From positions 62,001 through 126,000 of the IMG/VR virus record IMGVR_UViG_3300027621_000003: a stretch of 64,000 nt of DNA; one strand, 5' to 3'. How positions within the stretch are numbered: the first letter of the stretch is position 1; every line of letters starts with the position of its first letter. Both the position numbers and the translations under genes were made by a program. Below are positions 27,160 to 37,679 of this stretch, in pieces. The notes under the pieces are model-generated. The model had not been told where the DNA came from. It worked only from the letters and a program-made list of their open reading frames with translations, and did not search any database.

Positions 27160-28590
27160 ATGATTACAATAGGTTATAGTACAAGAAAAATTGATGAAAA
27201 TTACATCTTACAATTAGAAAAAAGTTGTGGAAGTAAAAATGTTCAGATTATTCCAATTGAAAATAATGGTGAGTATTCATTATCTGAAGTTTATAATAAG
27301 ATTTTAGAACAATCAGAAAATGATATTGTTGTTTTATGTCATGATGATTTAAAATTTGATACACATGGTTGGGCATATAAAATTAAATCCCATTTTGAAA
27401 AGAACCCTGAATATGGAATCATTGGTTTAGCCGGTTCCAAATACATGCCAAAGTCTGGTATGTGGTGGGAAGTACAACCAACAATGTATGGTATTGTAAA
27501 CCACGAAAATGAAGGTAAAAAATGGGAATCAAAATATTCAAAAGACATTGGAAATAAACTTGAATCAACGTTAATGGTTGATGGTTTATTTTTTGCATTA
27601 CATAAACAAAGAATTAAAAAGAATTTTGATGAAACTGTAAAAGGTTTTCATTTTTATGATGTAACATTCTCATTCCAAAATCATCTTGAAGGTGTTAAAG
27701 TTGGTGTTTGTACTGATATTCGTGTAACCCACCTATCCATTGGTCAAACAAACGAACAATGGGAGGCAAACAGAGTTGAATTTGCCAAAAAATTTGAAGA
27801 TGTATTACCAGTTGATATTACAATTACCGATAAAACATTAAAAACATTTATTTTTGTTCATGACCAAGATTTGGTAGAATTGTTTGAGGAAAATAGTAAA
27901 TTTAAAGGATTTAATAATTACACATATGTGTTTGTCGGTAATAGACCTATTGACAAAATTGAAAACTTACCAAATGTTATTATTTCTCGTAACTATGAGG
28001 GTCATTTAGAAGACTATCCAAAACTAACATCATTTAGCGGTTGGTACACATTATGGAAACATAAATTAATTGATACTGAATATGTTAATTTATTTGAATA
28101 TGATGTGAATTATGTTCATGATTTTTTACCACAAATTTCAAAGATGTTGTACGATAAGTTAGACATGATTGGATATATACCATTTCCCGCACCACACCCA
28201 ATGTTTATTCAACACCCACCATTTATTGAAACTTTATTTAAAACAATTAGAAAGACATATCATGTTGACATTCAAAAAATATTGATGGGGGTAATTTCTG
28301 AAGGAAAAATGGGTTATTGGTCATCAACATCAAACACTACTTTTAGAAAAAATGTATTTGACCAATATATGAATTGGATGTCACCAATGATTGACGAGAT
28401 TAAAGTTGACCCAAATGCTGGTCACCTACACGAAAGGTCAATTACCATTTTTGCATCTATGAAAAGTAAAAAATTAATTTTAACAAATGGTTACTTAAAA
28501 CATTATCAAATGGACTCACATAAGACACAGGGACATTATGTTGATGAAAAAAGTACAATAAACGAACTTCTTGAAAATAAAGTACAATAA
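27160..28590 (+). CDS. Two-domain glycosyltransferase (GT2-like N-terminus plus second GT-like domain)
   Basis: YNKIL, LCHDD, GIIGLAG, DGLF, FHFYDV; C-terminal FEYD, HERS. Confidence 0.65.
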   Translation: MITIGYSTRKIDENYILQLEKSCGSKNVQIIPIENNGEYSLSEVYNKILEQSENDIVVLCHDDLKFDTHGWAYKIKSHFEKNPEYGIIGLAGSKYMPKSGMWWEVQPTMYGIVNHENEGKKWESKYSKDIGNKLESTLMVDGLFFALHKQRIKKNFDETVKGFHFYDVTFSFQNHLEGVKVGVCTDIRVTHLSIGQTNEQWEANRVEFAKKFEDVLPVDITITDKTLKTFIFVHDQDLVELFEENSKFKGFNNYTYVFVGNRPIDKIENLPNVIISRNYEGHLEDYPKLTSFSGWYTLWKHKLIDTEYVNLFEYDVNYVHDFLPQISKMLYDKLDMIGYIPFPAPHPMFIQHPPFIETLFKTIRKTYHVDIQKILMGVISEGKMGYWSSTSNTTFRKNVFDQYMNWMSPMIDEIKVDPNAGHLHERSITIFASMKSKKLILTNGYLKHYQMDSHKTQGHYVDEKSTINELLENKVQ

Positions 28591-29249
28591 TGAATTATGT
28601 GAGTTTTAGTCTATGGGGAAATCAACCAATTTATAATGTTGGAGCAATTAGAAATGCTGAACTTATGAAAACAATCTACCCTAATTGGAAAATGATTGTT
28701 TATTATGATAATACAGTACCATCTGAAACAATTGATAAATTAAAAGAATTAGATGTTGTAGTTAAAGATATGACAGGAACTGATATCTATGGTATGTTTT
28801 GGAGATTTTTTGCTCACGATGAACCTAATTGTCAATATGCAATTTTTAGAGATACTGATGCTCGTTTAACTGAAAGAGAAAAACTTGCAGTTGATGAGTG
28901 GATTAATAGTAGAAAATCCATTCACGTAATGAGAGACCATCCAGCACATAGAATTCCTTATGGAAATACAGGTTTAGGTATCTTAGGCGGTATGTGGGGT
29001 ATTAAATCAGGGGTTATTCCATTAACAGATTTAATTAAAAAATTTCCAAAGTTAAAAGAACTTCAATATGGTAATGACCAAACATTCTTAAAAACTATAT
29101 ATTCAATATTTCAAGATGACAGATGTACACATGATGATTTTTTTGAAAATAAACCTTTTCCCATCAAAAGAAACCCTGGTGAGTTTATTGGAAGTCGTAT
29201 TGACCACAATGATATGCCAGTTGGGACAGATTATTTAGCGGTGTCATGA
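28590..29249 (+). CDS. RDxDxR/RDHP/GGMWG protein, paralog of 6568..7278
   Basis: SFSLWG, MFWRF, FRDTDAR, HVMRDHPAH, ILGGMWG, DQTFL. Confidence 0.5.
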   Translation: MNYVSFSLWGNQPIYNVGAIRNAELMKTIYPNWKMIVYYDNTVPSETIDKLKELDVVVKDMTGTDIYGMFWRFFAHDEPNCQYAIFRDTDARLTEREKLAVDEWINSRKSIHVMRDHPAHRIPYGNTGLGILGGMWGIKSGVIPLTDLIKKFPKLKELQYGNDQTFLKTIYSIFQDDRCTHDDFFENKPFPIKRNPGEFIGSRIDHNDMPVGTDYLAVS

Positions 29250-29908
29250 AAAAAATATTATATGTGATTCTTCACACCTGTACACGACCAGAAAGATATG
29301 ATGCTGTTGTTAATACGTGGGGTAAAGACGTGGATTTTATATTCTATGCTGATTGTGATGATAAAGAAAAAAAAATTATTAAAGTTTCTGATGATACTTC
29401 ATATAGCTCAAATGAAGCAAAACATGTAAATGTAATTAAATATTTATTTGATAATGATTATCAATATGAATGGTTCTTTTTTTGTGATGATGATACATTT
29501 GTAAACACTAAAAAATTAGAAGAAAATTTAAATAATTTTGATAAAGAAAAAATTATTGGACAAAAATTAAAAGGTACTTGGCCAACCGATACTAATCTAG
29601 AATACTGTTCAGGTGGAGCAGGTTATTTAATAAATAAAAATATTTTAGAAAAAATTGCACCAATGATTACAATAAAAGATACGGGATACTCTGATGTTAC
29701 ATTAGGTCTTTCTATTATAGAATTAGGTTTAAAGGTGGTAAATCAGATACCTAAACTAGTTACTCAAATAGAACATAATGAAAAATTTAATGGTCAATCA
29801 CCAACATATTATAATATAGATATATCATCAATTAAAGATGTGTTTACCTATCATTATATTGATTCTCAGACAATGGTTGAAATGTATGAAATATTAAACA
29901 ACAATTAA
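29246..29908 (+). CDS. GT31 Fringe-like glycosyltransferase, paralog of 5891..6571
   Basis: VNTW, WFFFCDDDTFV, SGGAG, SDVTLG, TYHY. Confidence 0.75.
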   Translation: MKKILYVILHTCTRPERYDAVVNTWGKDVDFIFYADCDDKEKKIIKVSDDTSYSSNEAKHVNVIKYLFDNDYQYEWFFFCDDDTFVNTKKLEENLNNFDKEKIIGQKLKGTWPTDTNLEYCSGGAGYLINKNILEKIAPMITIKDTGYSDVTLGLSIIELGLKVVNQIPKLVTQIEHNEKFNGQSPTYYNIDISSIKDVFTYHYIDSQTMVEMYEILNNN

Positions 29909-29909
29909 A

Positions 29910-30980
29910 ATGAATCTTGGTATAATTGGAGTTGGTAATTTAGGTTTAAATTTATTAAATTTTTTATCCGAACAACAACATGAAATTTATGTTTCAGATG
30001 TTGATGGTGATAATGTTGATGTTATACGTAATTCAGATATTATTTTTTGTTGTGTTGATACCAACATACTACCATCAAATTTTTTAGACATAACAAATGT
30101 TATGGCTGTTGTTGAAGATTTTGGTGTTTCATTTGAAGATGAAATCCCACTATATAACAAAACATTTGTTATTTGTTCAACATTAAATCCTGGTGACACT
30201 AAAAAAATCATGGAAATATTAAATCCAATGAATCTAAAAGTATGTTATCTACCATTAATAATCCAATCTGACAACATATTATCATCTCTAAGTAACTTAA
30301 AAACAATAGTAGTAGGTAGTCTTGATTCAGAAGTTATTAATACAATTACAGACCTATTCCAACCATCAAAAAATAATAAATTAAATGTTATTTCAATGAC
30401 AAGTAAGTCTGCGGAAATTTACAGATTGGCATATAGTTCGTATATCCACACCAAAATTAATTTTGCAAATTTTTTAGGTGAGTTAATGTTAAATTTTGGT
30501 ACTTCAGATGAAACAAAATTATTACTTAAAAGTTTAGGATATGATAAATCAATTTCAGATAATAATTTTAATTTTGGATTTGGTGTTGGTGGTCCTTGGG
30601 TTCCGACAGAAAATAGAGTGTTAGGCCAAGTATCTAATGATAACAAATTAGAATTTGTGTTACCATTTGTCAATGAGGATTTCAATTTAAATCATCATCA
30701 ATTTATTAAAAAACATTTTATCAATTTAAATCCTGACAAGACAATACCTTTTGTGTTTAACGGTATTGGATATAAAGACATGTCTATTGATATTACAGAA
30801 TCACCAAAATTTGAGTTGGTATCAGACTTTTTAAAAGAGGGTTATACTGTGTATATTGTTGAAAGTGATGAATTTATTCGTAACAAAAAAGTAGTTAAAG
30901 AATTAATTTTTGATTTTAATGATAAAGTAAAATTCTTTAAACAAGGTACATCGCCCAAAGGAGTATACGTTAATTTTTAA
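29910..30980 (+). CDS. UDP-glucose/GDP-mannose dehydrogenase homolog with degenerate active site
   Basis: GIIGVGNLG, CVDT, STLNPG, SAE..TKINFAN, GGPWVP (canonical GGxCLP), YK..DITESP. Confidence 0.75.
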   Translation: MNLGIIGVGNLGLNLLNFLSEQQHEIYVSDVDGDNVDVIRNSDIIFCCVDTNILPSNFLDITNVMAVVEDFGVSFEDEIPLYNKTFVICSTLNPGDTKKIMEILNPMNLKVCYLPLIIQSDNILSSLSNLKTIVVGSLDSEVINTITDLFQPSKNNKLNVISMTSKSAEIYRLAYSSYIHTKINFANFLGELMLNFGTSDETKLLLKSLGYDKSISDNNFNFGFGVGGPWVPTENRVLGQVSNDNKLEFVLPFVNEDFNLNHHQFIKKHFINLNPDKTIPFVFNGIGYKDMSIDITESPKFELVSDFLKEGYTVYIVESDEFIRNKKVVKELIFDFNDKVKFFKQGTSPKGVYVNF

Positions 30981-31017
30981 TCTTTCTTTTATTATTATAT
31001 TTCATAAATTATAATTA

Positions 31018-31770
31018 ATGGAAAAAAAACCAAGAAAGAAACCAACTGTTTCTACAAAACCAACAGTTTTTAGTGGAGAAACTAGAATTACCCCTAAGTC
31101 AAAAAAAGAAATTATTGCTTCTGTAATTTCAAAACCAACAAAAGAAAAATTTTTAACTGAAAATCAAAGATTGTATTATGATTTATTACAAAAAAATCAA
31201 ATAACAATATGTTCAGGTCCCGCTGGTGTTGGTAAAAGTTATATTGCAATGAAGGCGGCTGTAGATTTACTTGCAGACCCAACAACACCGTATGAAAAAA
31301 TTATTATTGTCAGACCAGCGGTTGAAGCCGAAGAAAAACTTGGAGCATTGCCAGGTAATGTTGAAGAAAAATTAGACCCGTATATTTTTCCATCTTACTA
31401 TCTATTAAATAAAATTATAGGAAAAGATAAAAGAGAATATTTAAAAAATATTGAAGCAATTGAAGTGTTTGCGTTGGCGTATATGAGAGGTATGAATATT
31501 GACAATTCAATTTTAATTTTTGAGGAGTCTCAAAATAGTACACCAAAACAAATGAAACTCTTATTAACTAGAATTGGTTTTAAAAGTAAATTTTTTATTT
31601 CAGGAGATTTAGAACAAACTGATAGATACAAAGACAAAACACAATCTGGATTATGGGATGTAATTGAAAAGTTTAAAAATATTAATGATATTGGTGTTTT
31701 TGAATTCAATGACAAAGATATTGTTAGAAACCCATTAATTTCACAAATTTTAAGTAAATACGAAGAATGA
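31018..31770 (+). CDS. phoH: PhoH-family ATPase
   Basis: GPAGVGKS, RPAVEAEEKLGALPG, AYMRG, LLTRIG, GDLEQTD, DIVRNP. Confidence 0.92.
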   Translation: MEKKPRKKPTVSTKPTVFSGETRITPKSKKEIIASVISKPTKEKFLTENQRLYYDLLQKNQITICSGPAGVGKSYIAMKAAVDLLADPTTPYEKIIIVRPAVEAEEKLGALPGNVEEKLDPYIFPSYYLLNKIIGKDKREYLKNIEAIEVFALAYMRGMNIDNSILIFEESQNSTPKQMKLLLTRIGFKSKFFISGDLEQTDRYKDKTQSGLWDVIEKFKNINDIGVFEFNDKDIVRNPLISQILSKYEE

Positions 31771-32360
31771 GAATTGCAATAGATATTGATGGTGTTTTAA
31801 GGGATACTTTTAATAAAATAGAACAAATTTATCAAAAATATTTTATAGATGAATTAGAACTTGTTGATGATGAATTTAACTATGAAATCATAACACCGTA
31901 TAGTACACCTGAATATTCAAATCACTTTAAATTTAAAACAGATGAGGAATATTTGTCATTTATGTATGAAGAGTTTGCTATGGAAATATTTGGACATTCA
32001 CCGTCAACTGAAATGTCCACCTTTTATGATTTAAATGACTTAATCGCAAAACACAAAGATAATATAAGTTTTTTATTAATTTCAAAACAAATTGGAAAAA
32101 CAAAACCAGCAACTTTATTTTTCATTTCAAAGTTTGGTTGTGAAATTGAAAAAGTAATTTTTTATAATCAGTTAACAAAAAATAAAATATGGAATGAATT
32201 TGATATTTTATTAACGTCAAATCCTGAATTATTATCACAAACTGAAAATAAAACTTTAATAAAGTATGAAACATCTTATAATTTAACAACAGAGTGTGAG
32301 CATACCATTACAACACTAAAAGAATTAGATAAAAAAATTGAAACTTTAATAGAAAAATGA
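31767..32360 (+). CDS. HAD-like 5'(3')-deoxyribonucleotidase-like protein
   Basis: MRIAIDIDGVLRD motif I; C-terminal motifs divergent. Confidence 0.55.
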   Translation: MRIAIDIDGVLRDTFNKIEQIYQKYFIDELELVDDEFNYEIITPYSTPEYSNHFKFKTDEEYLSFMYEEFAMEIFGHSPSTEMSTFYDLNDLIAKHKDNISFLLISKQIGKTKPATLFFISKFGCEIEKVIFYNQLTKNKIWNEFDILLTSNPELLSQTENKTLIKYETSYNLTTECEHTITTLKELDKKIETLIEK

Positions 32361-32632
32361 TTACAATATTTGGTGAAAACTACTACCTAAATTTAGATAA
32401 TATTGACAAATATGTTAATATGATATCTGAGCCAATATCAGGTTCAACAGAACCTGAGCAACATATTTCTATTGTAAAATACGAAATGGTTAAAACACTT
32501 ATTGATGTAATCTTAAGTGAAACTGAAGACATTGATGAAAAACTCGCAAATAAAGTATCGTCACAACTTACAATACCTTTTAAATTGGCGTGGAACACAA
32601 TGTTAGTAAATAAATTAATTGAAAAATTTTAA
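32357..32632 (+). CDS. Hypothetical protein
   Basis: 91-aa ORF with ATGA overlap. Confidence 0.6.
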   Translation: MITIFGENYYLNLDNIDKYVNMISEPISGSTEPEQHISIVKYEMVKTLIDVILSETEDIDEKLANKVSSQLTIPFKLAWNTMLVNKLIEKF

Positions 32633-32643
32633 GTAATCAGTAT

Positions 32644-33696
32644 ATGGAAAACGAAATGATTGAAAAAATCAAAGTGTCAATTAAAAACATTGACGAAAAA
32701 TTGAACAGAATTTATTTTTTTGTCCAAGACACTAAAGGAAATGCCAAAGCATCAATACGATACATTTATGAAATGGCTTTGACTTTAAAAAATAACGGAC
32801 ATAATGTTATCATGTTGTATGAAAAGAAAGAATACACTTCTGTAACTTCTTGGTTAAAGGGTTCTTATGATGAACTACAACATCAAACTTTGGAAGGTCA
32901 AAACTTAGCAATTGCACCTGAAGATGTTTTGGTTATACCAGAAATTTTTGGTTTTATCATGGAACAAGTTAAAAATTTACCTTGTGGTAAGATTGTTTTG
33001 TGTCAAGCGTATGACCACATTTTAGAAACTTTATCACCAGGTGGTACTTGGGAACAATATGGTTTCTTTAAGTGTATAACAACATCTGAAGAACAAAAAG
33101 ATTATATTAACTCATTAATGAGACATGTATCTGTTGATATTATAGAACCAACAATACACGAAAATTTTGAAACTTCTAAATTTCCTGCAAAAACATTAAT
33201 TGGTGTTTCAGCACGTGAACAAAGAGAAGGTCTTAATATTATTAAACAATTTTATTTAAAGTACCCACAATATAGATTTTTTACTTTCAAAGATTTAAGA
33301 GGTTTATCCCAAGATGATTTTTCTAAAGGTTTACAAGATTGTTTATTAGGTGTTTGGATTGACCCAACCTCAGGATTTGGAACATTTCCTTTAGAATGTA
33401 TGAAGAGTGGTGTACCAGTTGTTGGTAAAATACCAAATTTAAAACCAGGTTGGATGTCAGAAAAAAATGGTATTTGGATTGAAAATCAAAATCAAATGGT
33501 TGATGTTATTGCCGATGTTGTTCAAACATGGTTAGAAGATAATGTCTTAGCGGATTTATATACCGAAGGATTCAACACTGCTGAAAAATTTACAAACCAA
33601 GAGAATTTTAAAACGTCAGTTATTGACATATTTGAATCATTTATTAATAAACGTAAAGACGCTTTTGAAGCACAAATCACACAAGAAACCGAATAA
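32644..33696 (+). CDS. GT-B (GT4-like) glycosyltransferase
   Basis: VIPEIF, SGFGTFPLECMKSGVPVVG (E-x7-E-like motif, first Glu replaced by Ser). Confidence 0.65.
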   Translation: MENEMIEKIKVSIKNIDEKLNRIYFFVQDTKGNAKASIRYIYEMALTLKNNGHNVIMLYEKKEYTSVTSWLKGSYDELQHQTLEGQNLAIAPEDVLVIPEIFGFIMEQVKNLPCGKIVLCQAYDHILETLSPGGTWEQYGFFKCITTSEEQKDYINSLMRHVSVDIIEPTIHENFETSKFPAKTLIGVSAREQREGLNIIKQFYLKYPQYRFFTFKDLRGLSQDDFSKGLQDCLLGVWIDPTSGFGTFPLECMKSGVPVVGKIPNLKPGWMSEKNGIWIENQNQMVDVIADVVQTWLEDNVLADLYTEGFNTAEKFTNQENFKTSVIDIFESFINKRKDAFEAQITQETE

Positions 33697-33698
33697 TC

Positions 33699-34505
33699 AT
33701 GGAAAAGAAACTTAATTTATCAATAATATTACCTATCAAATCTACATTGGCAAAAGATTTTGATACATACTTTGAAAGTGCCATTAAATCTTTAATAATT
33801 CAAAAAACAACATTTAATGAGTTAATTATTGTTCATACTCAAGAAGAACAATTGGTTACTAAATTAAAAAATTATGATTTTGAAACTTTAAATGTAAAAC
33901 TTGTTGAATATATTGGAGAACCATCATTCCAAAAACAAATTTCATTTGGTGTTGAACACTCTGAAAGTGAATGGGTATCATTCTTTGAGTTTGATGATGA
34001 ATATTCGAATATTTGGTTTGACAATGTTTTAAAATATTCTGAAATATATCCAGATGTGGATGCGTTTTTACCAATAGTTGTTGATGTGGATAATAAAGGT
34101 ACTTTTGCAGGATTTACAAATGAAGCAACATTTGCGGCAAATTTCACACAAGAAATGGGTTATTTAAATAATGAGACATTATTAGATTATCAAAACTTTC
34201 AAACCGCTGGTATGGTAATTAAAAAAGAAAAACTTGTTGATTTTGGTGGATTTAAACCGTCAATTAAATTAACATTTGTTTATGAATTTTTATTAAGAAT
34301 GTCATATAATTCTTTAAGAATTATGACTATACCAAAACTTGGTTACAAACACACAAGTATGAGAGAAGGTTCAATATTTTGGAACTACAAAAATGGTGAC
34401 GATGTGATGACTGAAAATGAAGTAAAGTTTTGGATTTCTACAGCAAAAAAAGAATACTTTTTTAAAGACGACAGAAATATAAAGTATGAAGTTCAAAATG
34501 CTTAA
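33699..34505 (+). CDS. GT2 glycosyltransferase
   Basis: LSIILPI, ELIIV, FFEFDD, YEFLLR. Confidence 0.7.
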   Translation: MEKKLNLSIILPIKSTLAKDFDTYFESAIKSLIIQKTTFNELIIVHTQEEQLVTKLKNYDFETLNVKLVEYIGEPSFQKQISFGVEHSESEWVSFFEFDDEYSNIWFDNVLKYSEIYPDVDAFLPIVVDVDNKGTFAGFTNEATFAANFTQEMGYLNNETLLDYQNFQTAGMVIKKEKLVDFGGFKPSIKLTFVYEFLLRMSYNSLRIMTIPKLGYKHTSMREGSIFWNYKNGDDVMTENEVKFWISTAKKEYFFKDDRNIKYEVQNA

Positions 34506-35242
34506 TGTTATCCGCCGAAACAACCTCAGATTTGGTTAAAAAAAGAGGTAGAAAAGCAACTACTGTAAATTATTTTGATGTTGCCGAAGAAGCGGCGGTA
34601 AGACGATATCTTATTGCGGAAACTTTTGAAGAAAAAAACGCAATTTATAATGAGTTTTTGAGAGGTCCTTTAGATAAGATGATTTCTTCAATCATCCGTA
34701 GATATAAACTATATCGTAAAGATATGAATTTTACCGATATTCATACTGATACACATTCTTTTTTGATGACAAAGGTTGATAAATTTAAACCTTCAAAAGA
34801 AAAGAAAGCGTATTCTTATTTTGGTACTATTTGTAAAAATTATTTGATGGGTCAAATTATTAAAGACCAAAAAGATACAAATAGAAAAATATCATACGAA
34901 GATATATCATCAAGTTTAGAACAAAGACCTGACATGGTTTATTATATGGAACTTGAAAAACTCGAAACAGATGATATAATCCAAGGTTTCTTAAACGAAT
35001 TAAGACATTACATAGAAAATGAACCTTTAACCGAGAATGAAAAAAAGTTAGGTATATCATTATTGGAATTATTTGAAAATTATAAAACCATATTTTTGGG
35101 TACTGATAATAATAAATTTAATAAAAATATTATCTTACTTTCAATTCGTGAAATGACAAATCTTTCAACCAAAGAAATTAGAACAGCAATGAAACGTTTT
35201 AAAAAGTTATATTATGTTGTGTTAAATAAAATAATAGAGTAA
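34505..35242 (+). CDS. Phage sigma-factor-like protein (candidate late sigma)
   Basis: Region-2-like VDKFKPSKEKKAYSYFGTICKNYL and C-terminal HTH-like IREMTNLSTKEIRTAMKR. Confidence 0.55.
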   Translation: MLSAETTSDLVKKRGRKATTVNYFDVAEEAAVRRYLIAETFEEKNAIYNEFLRGPLDKMISSIIRRYKLYRKDMNFTDIHTDTHSFLMTKVDKFKPSKEKKAYSYFGTICKNYLMGQIIKDQKDTNRKISYEDISSSLEQRPDMVYYMELEKLETDDIIQGFLNELRHYIENEPLTENEKKLGISLLELFENYKTIFLGTDNNKFNKNIILLSIREMTNLSTKEIRTAMKRFKKLYYVVLNKIIE

Positions 35243-35271
35243 AAAAAATATTAAAAATAATATTTATCAAT

Positions 35272-35643
35272 ATGTCACGACCAAAAAAAAAGGAAATAAA
35301 TTTAACTAAAGATTCAGTTCTTTCGTTATTACAAGAAATCTACAATGAACTTGTAGAACAAAGGTCTACGGCAATTAGAGTTCAAAATAAAATGTTGGCA
35401 ATGTTAAAAGACCCCGAAGACATGACGGTTATTGGCCCTGTTTTAGAAAAACAACAAAAAATTATTAATGATGTTGTGGAGAAAAAATTAACATTGGCCA
35501 AATTACAATCAACTATTTGGGAAAAATCAAATAGAACTGAGGATGATTTATCATTAGGTGATATTGATGATGATATGTTACAGTCTTTAATTCAAAAAGA
35601 TATTGATGGGATGTCAAACGACAATTCATATAAGTTTAAATAA
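35272..35643 (+). CDS. Hypothetical coiled-coil protein
   Basis: 123-aa ORF preceded by ATATTTATC. Confidence 0.6.
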   Translation: MSRPKKKEINLTKDSVLSLLQEIYNELVEQRSTAIRVQNKMLAMLKDPEDMTVIGPVLEKQQKIINDVVEKKLTLAKLQSTIWEKSNRTEDDLSLGDIDDDMLQSLIQKDIDGMSNDNSYKFK

Positions 35644-35645
35644 TT

Positions 35646-37679
35646 ATGGCAGCTATTGTTGATTTAAATTCCGCTTATGACAACGCTGAAAGTTCTATAA
35701 AGGCGGTTCAGACTTTTAATCAAGTATCGGAAGATAACAAAAAAATTACATCTCAACAACAATCGTCTCAAGAAAAGGCAGCTGAAGAAACTGTAAGTCC
35801 TTTAACTCAATTACAGGAAAACAAAAAAAAATTCCAAAGACAAGCTGAGACACAATTAGATAAATTATTAAATCTTAATCAATTATTACCTGATAATAGA
35901 TTATCGGGTAAATCATCTAGTTCAGTTGTTTCATTAGTTAAAAATGATTTTTTAATAGCTTTAAATCAAATTAAATCTGAAATACCAGATATTATTAAAA
36001 AAGCAATGTTGAAACAATTAGGATGTTCACAAGAACAAACTTATGATGTATCAACCTTTTCTGCCGGTGGTATTTTTATTCCTGTTGAAAGTGTGGATTT
36101 ATTTGGTTTATTAAAAGAGTCACCAACAACTCCCATGGGTAGATTGATGTATGAAACATTACCAACAGATAAATCATTTAAAGATTTAACTAGTACCGCA
36201 ACAACAACTACAACAACTACAACATCTCGTTCAGGAGTTCAAAAAAATCCTTATTTTATGAATCGTCAATTATATGAAAGGATTCAAAGCGAAGGTGTGT
36301 CCTACGATGATACATATGGTCAAAATTATCTTGGTTTATCACAACAAGGTTTACTTGATGTTACATATGTAACAGAAGATGATAATGGGAACCAAGGAAG
36401 TTTTTTCCAAGTAAAATTACCAGACAGACTTGACAATAAAAATTTAGTTAGTCAATTTATCACCGATTATTTTGAGACTATCAAAATGGTTGATACTAAA
36501 AATATATATCTCCGAATATTTCAAGTTTTATTTGGGGCGATGTCAATACAATTAAAAAATGGTTCTGCAGAAACCGAAAGCCAATTATTCTTTCAAAGAA
36601 TATTAACTCGTATTTTAGGTCTATGTTTTGACGATAGGTCAGAAATTGATGTTAGTGGTGTTGCCAAAGTAGCACCTTTAGATGGTATTGATGAGTCTTT
36701 TTTTGAATTAACAGATGTTGATTTAAGAATAATTGAAAATGATTTATCAAACATTCAAAGAGGTGTTGTTGAATATCCTGACTGTACTACAGTAAAGTTA
36801 CCAATAGATACTGAAGCATTATTCAATACGTTTCTTGGAATTTTAGAAGTTGATGATAATAACTCTGACGGTAATAGTAAAATATTTAACAAGTCAATTG
36901 CATCTGTAACAAAAAATCCACAATGGCCGCAAGGACCTGAAATTCAATTTTCAGTGGATACCAATATAATCAAAGCAATACCACAAGCGTTGTACGCATC
37001 CGTTCTTTCACCAAAAGTATTATTACCATTTATGGTGATGTATAAAGCAATTGAAGGAATTGCTCTTGGTAAAGTTGGTTCTGTGGTAAATGAAGTTTAT
37101 AATTTACAAACATTTTTAAAAACTTTCCAAACATTAAACATAGATGTTATGTCTGAAATAGGAGCAAGATTTGTAAAAATTTTACGTGATTTAATTGTTA
37201 GAGACATTAGAAAACTTCTTCAAAGTGTTGTTAGAGATTTAAAAAAATCCCAAGTTGCAAAACAATACTCAGTTATATTTCAATTAATTGAAGGTGCAAT
37301 ATTAATAACCCAGTTGGTTACGGACTATAAAAAATGTAAAAGTGTTATTGGTGATATTATTAATATTATTGAATTTGCCTTACGAGGAACACGAATTGAA
37401 ATACCACCATTTTTATTGTTTTTATCAACATTTAGAACAGGATTTAATGACATAAGAGCATCATTAGAAGTAATTAAAGAATTACAAAAAGCTGGTATTC
37501 CAACGGGACCAATGCCTGATGGAAGTCCAAATTTATTTTTACAATCAATAGTATCTCAAATAAAAGGTACCGAATCTGAACGAACAAAAAATTCAAAGAT
37601 GGTGTCCATGACTCCAGCACAAGTAATAACACCAAGTGGATTTACAGTACCAAGACCAATGACAGGAGTTCCCTTATGA
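35646..37679 (+). CDS. Hypothetical (probable virion/baseplate) protein
   Basis: 677-aa ORF upstream of the spike-like gene; contains a poly-Thr run. Confidence 0.55.
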   Translation: MAAIVDLNSAYDNAESSIKAVQTFNQVSEDNKKITSQQQSSQEKAAEETVSPLTQLQENKKKFQRQAETQLDKLLNLNQLLPDNRLSGKSSSSVVSLVKNDFLIALNQIKSEIPDIIKKAMLKQLGCSQEQTYDVSTFSAGGIFIPVESVDLFGLLKESPTTPMGRLMYETLPTDKSFKDLTSTATTTTTTTTSRSGVQKNPYFMNRQLYERIQSEGVSYDDTYGQNYLGLSQQGLLDVTYVTEDDNGNQGSFFQVKLPDRLDNKNLVSQFITDYFETIKMVDTKNIYLRIFQVLFGAMSIQLKNGSAETESQLFFQRILTRILGLCFDDRSEIDVSGVAKVAPLDGIDESFFELTDVDLRIIENDLSNIQRGVVEYPDCTTVKLPIDTEALFNTFLGILEVDDNNSDGNSKIFNKSIASVTKNPQWPQGPEIQFSVDTNIIKAIPQALYASVLSPKVLLPFMVMYKAIEGIALGKVGSVVNEVYNLQTFLKTFQTLNIDVMSEIGARFVKILRDLIVRDIRKLLQSVVRDLKKSQVAKQYSVIFQLIEGAILITQLVTDYKKCKSVIGDIINIIEFALRGTRIEIPPFLLFLSTFRTGFNDIRASLEVIKELQKAGIPTGPMPDGSPNLFLQSIVSQIKGTESERTKNSKMVSMTPAQVITPSGFTVPRPMTGVPL

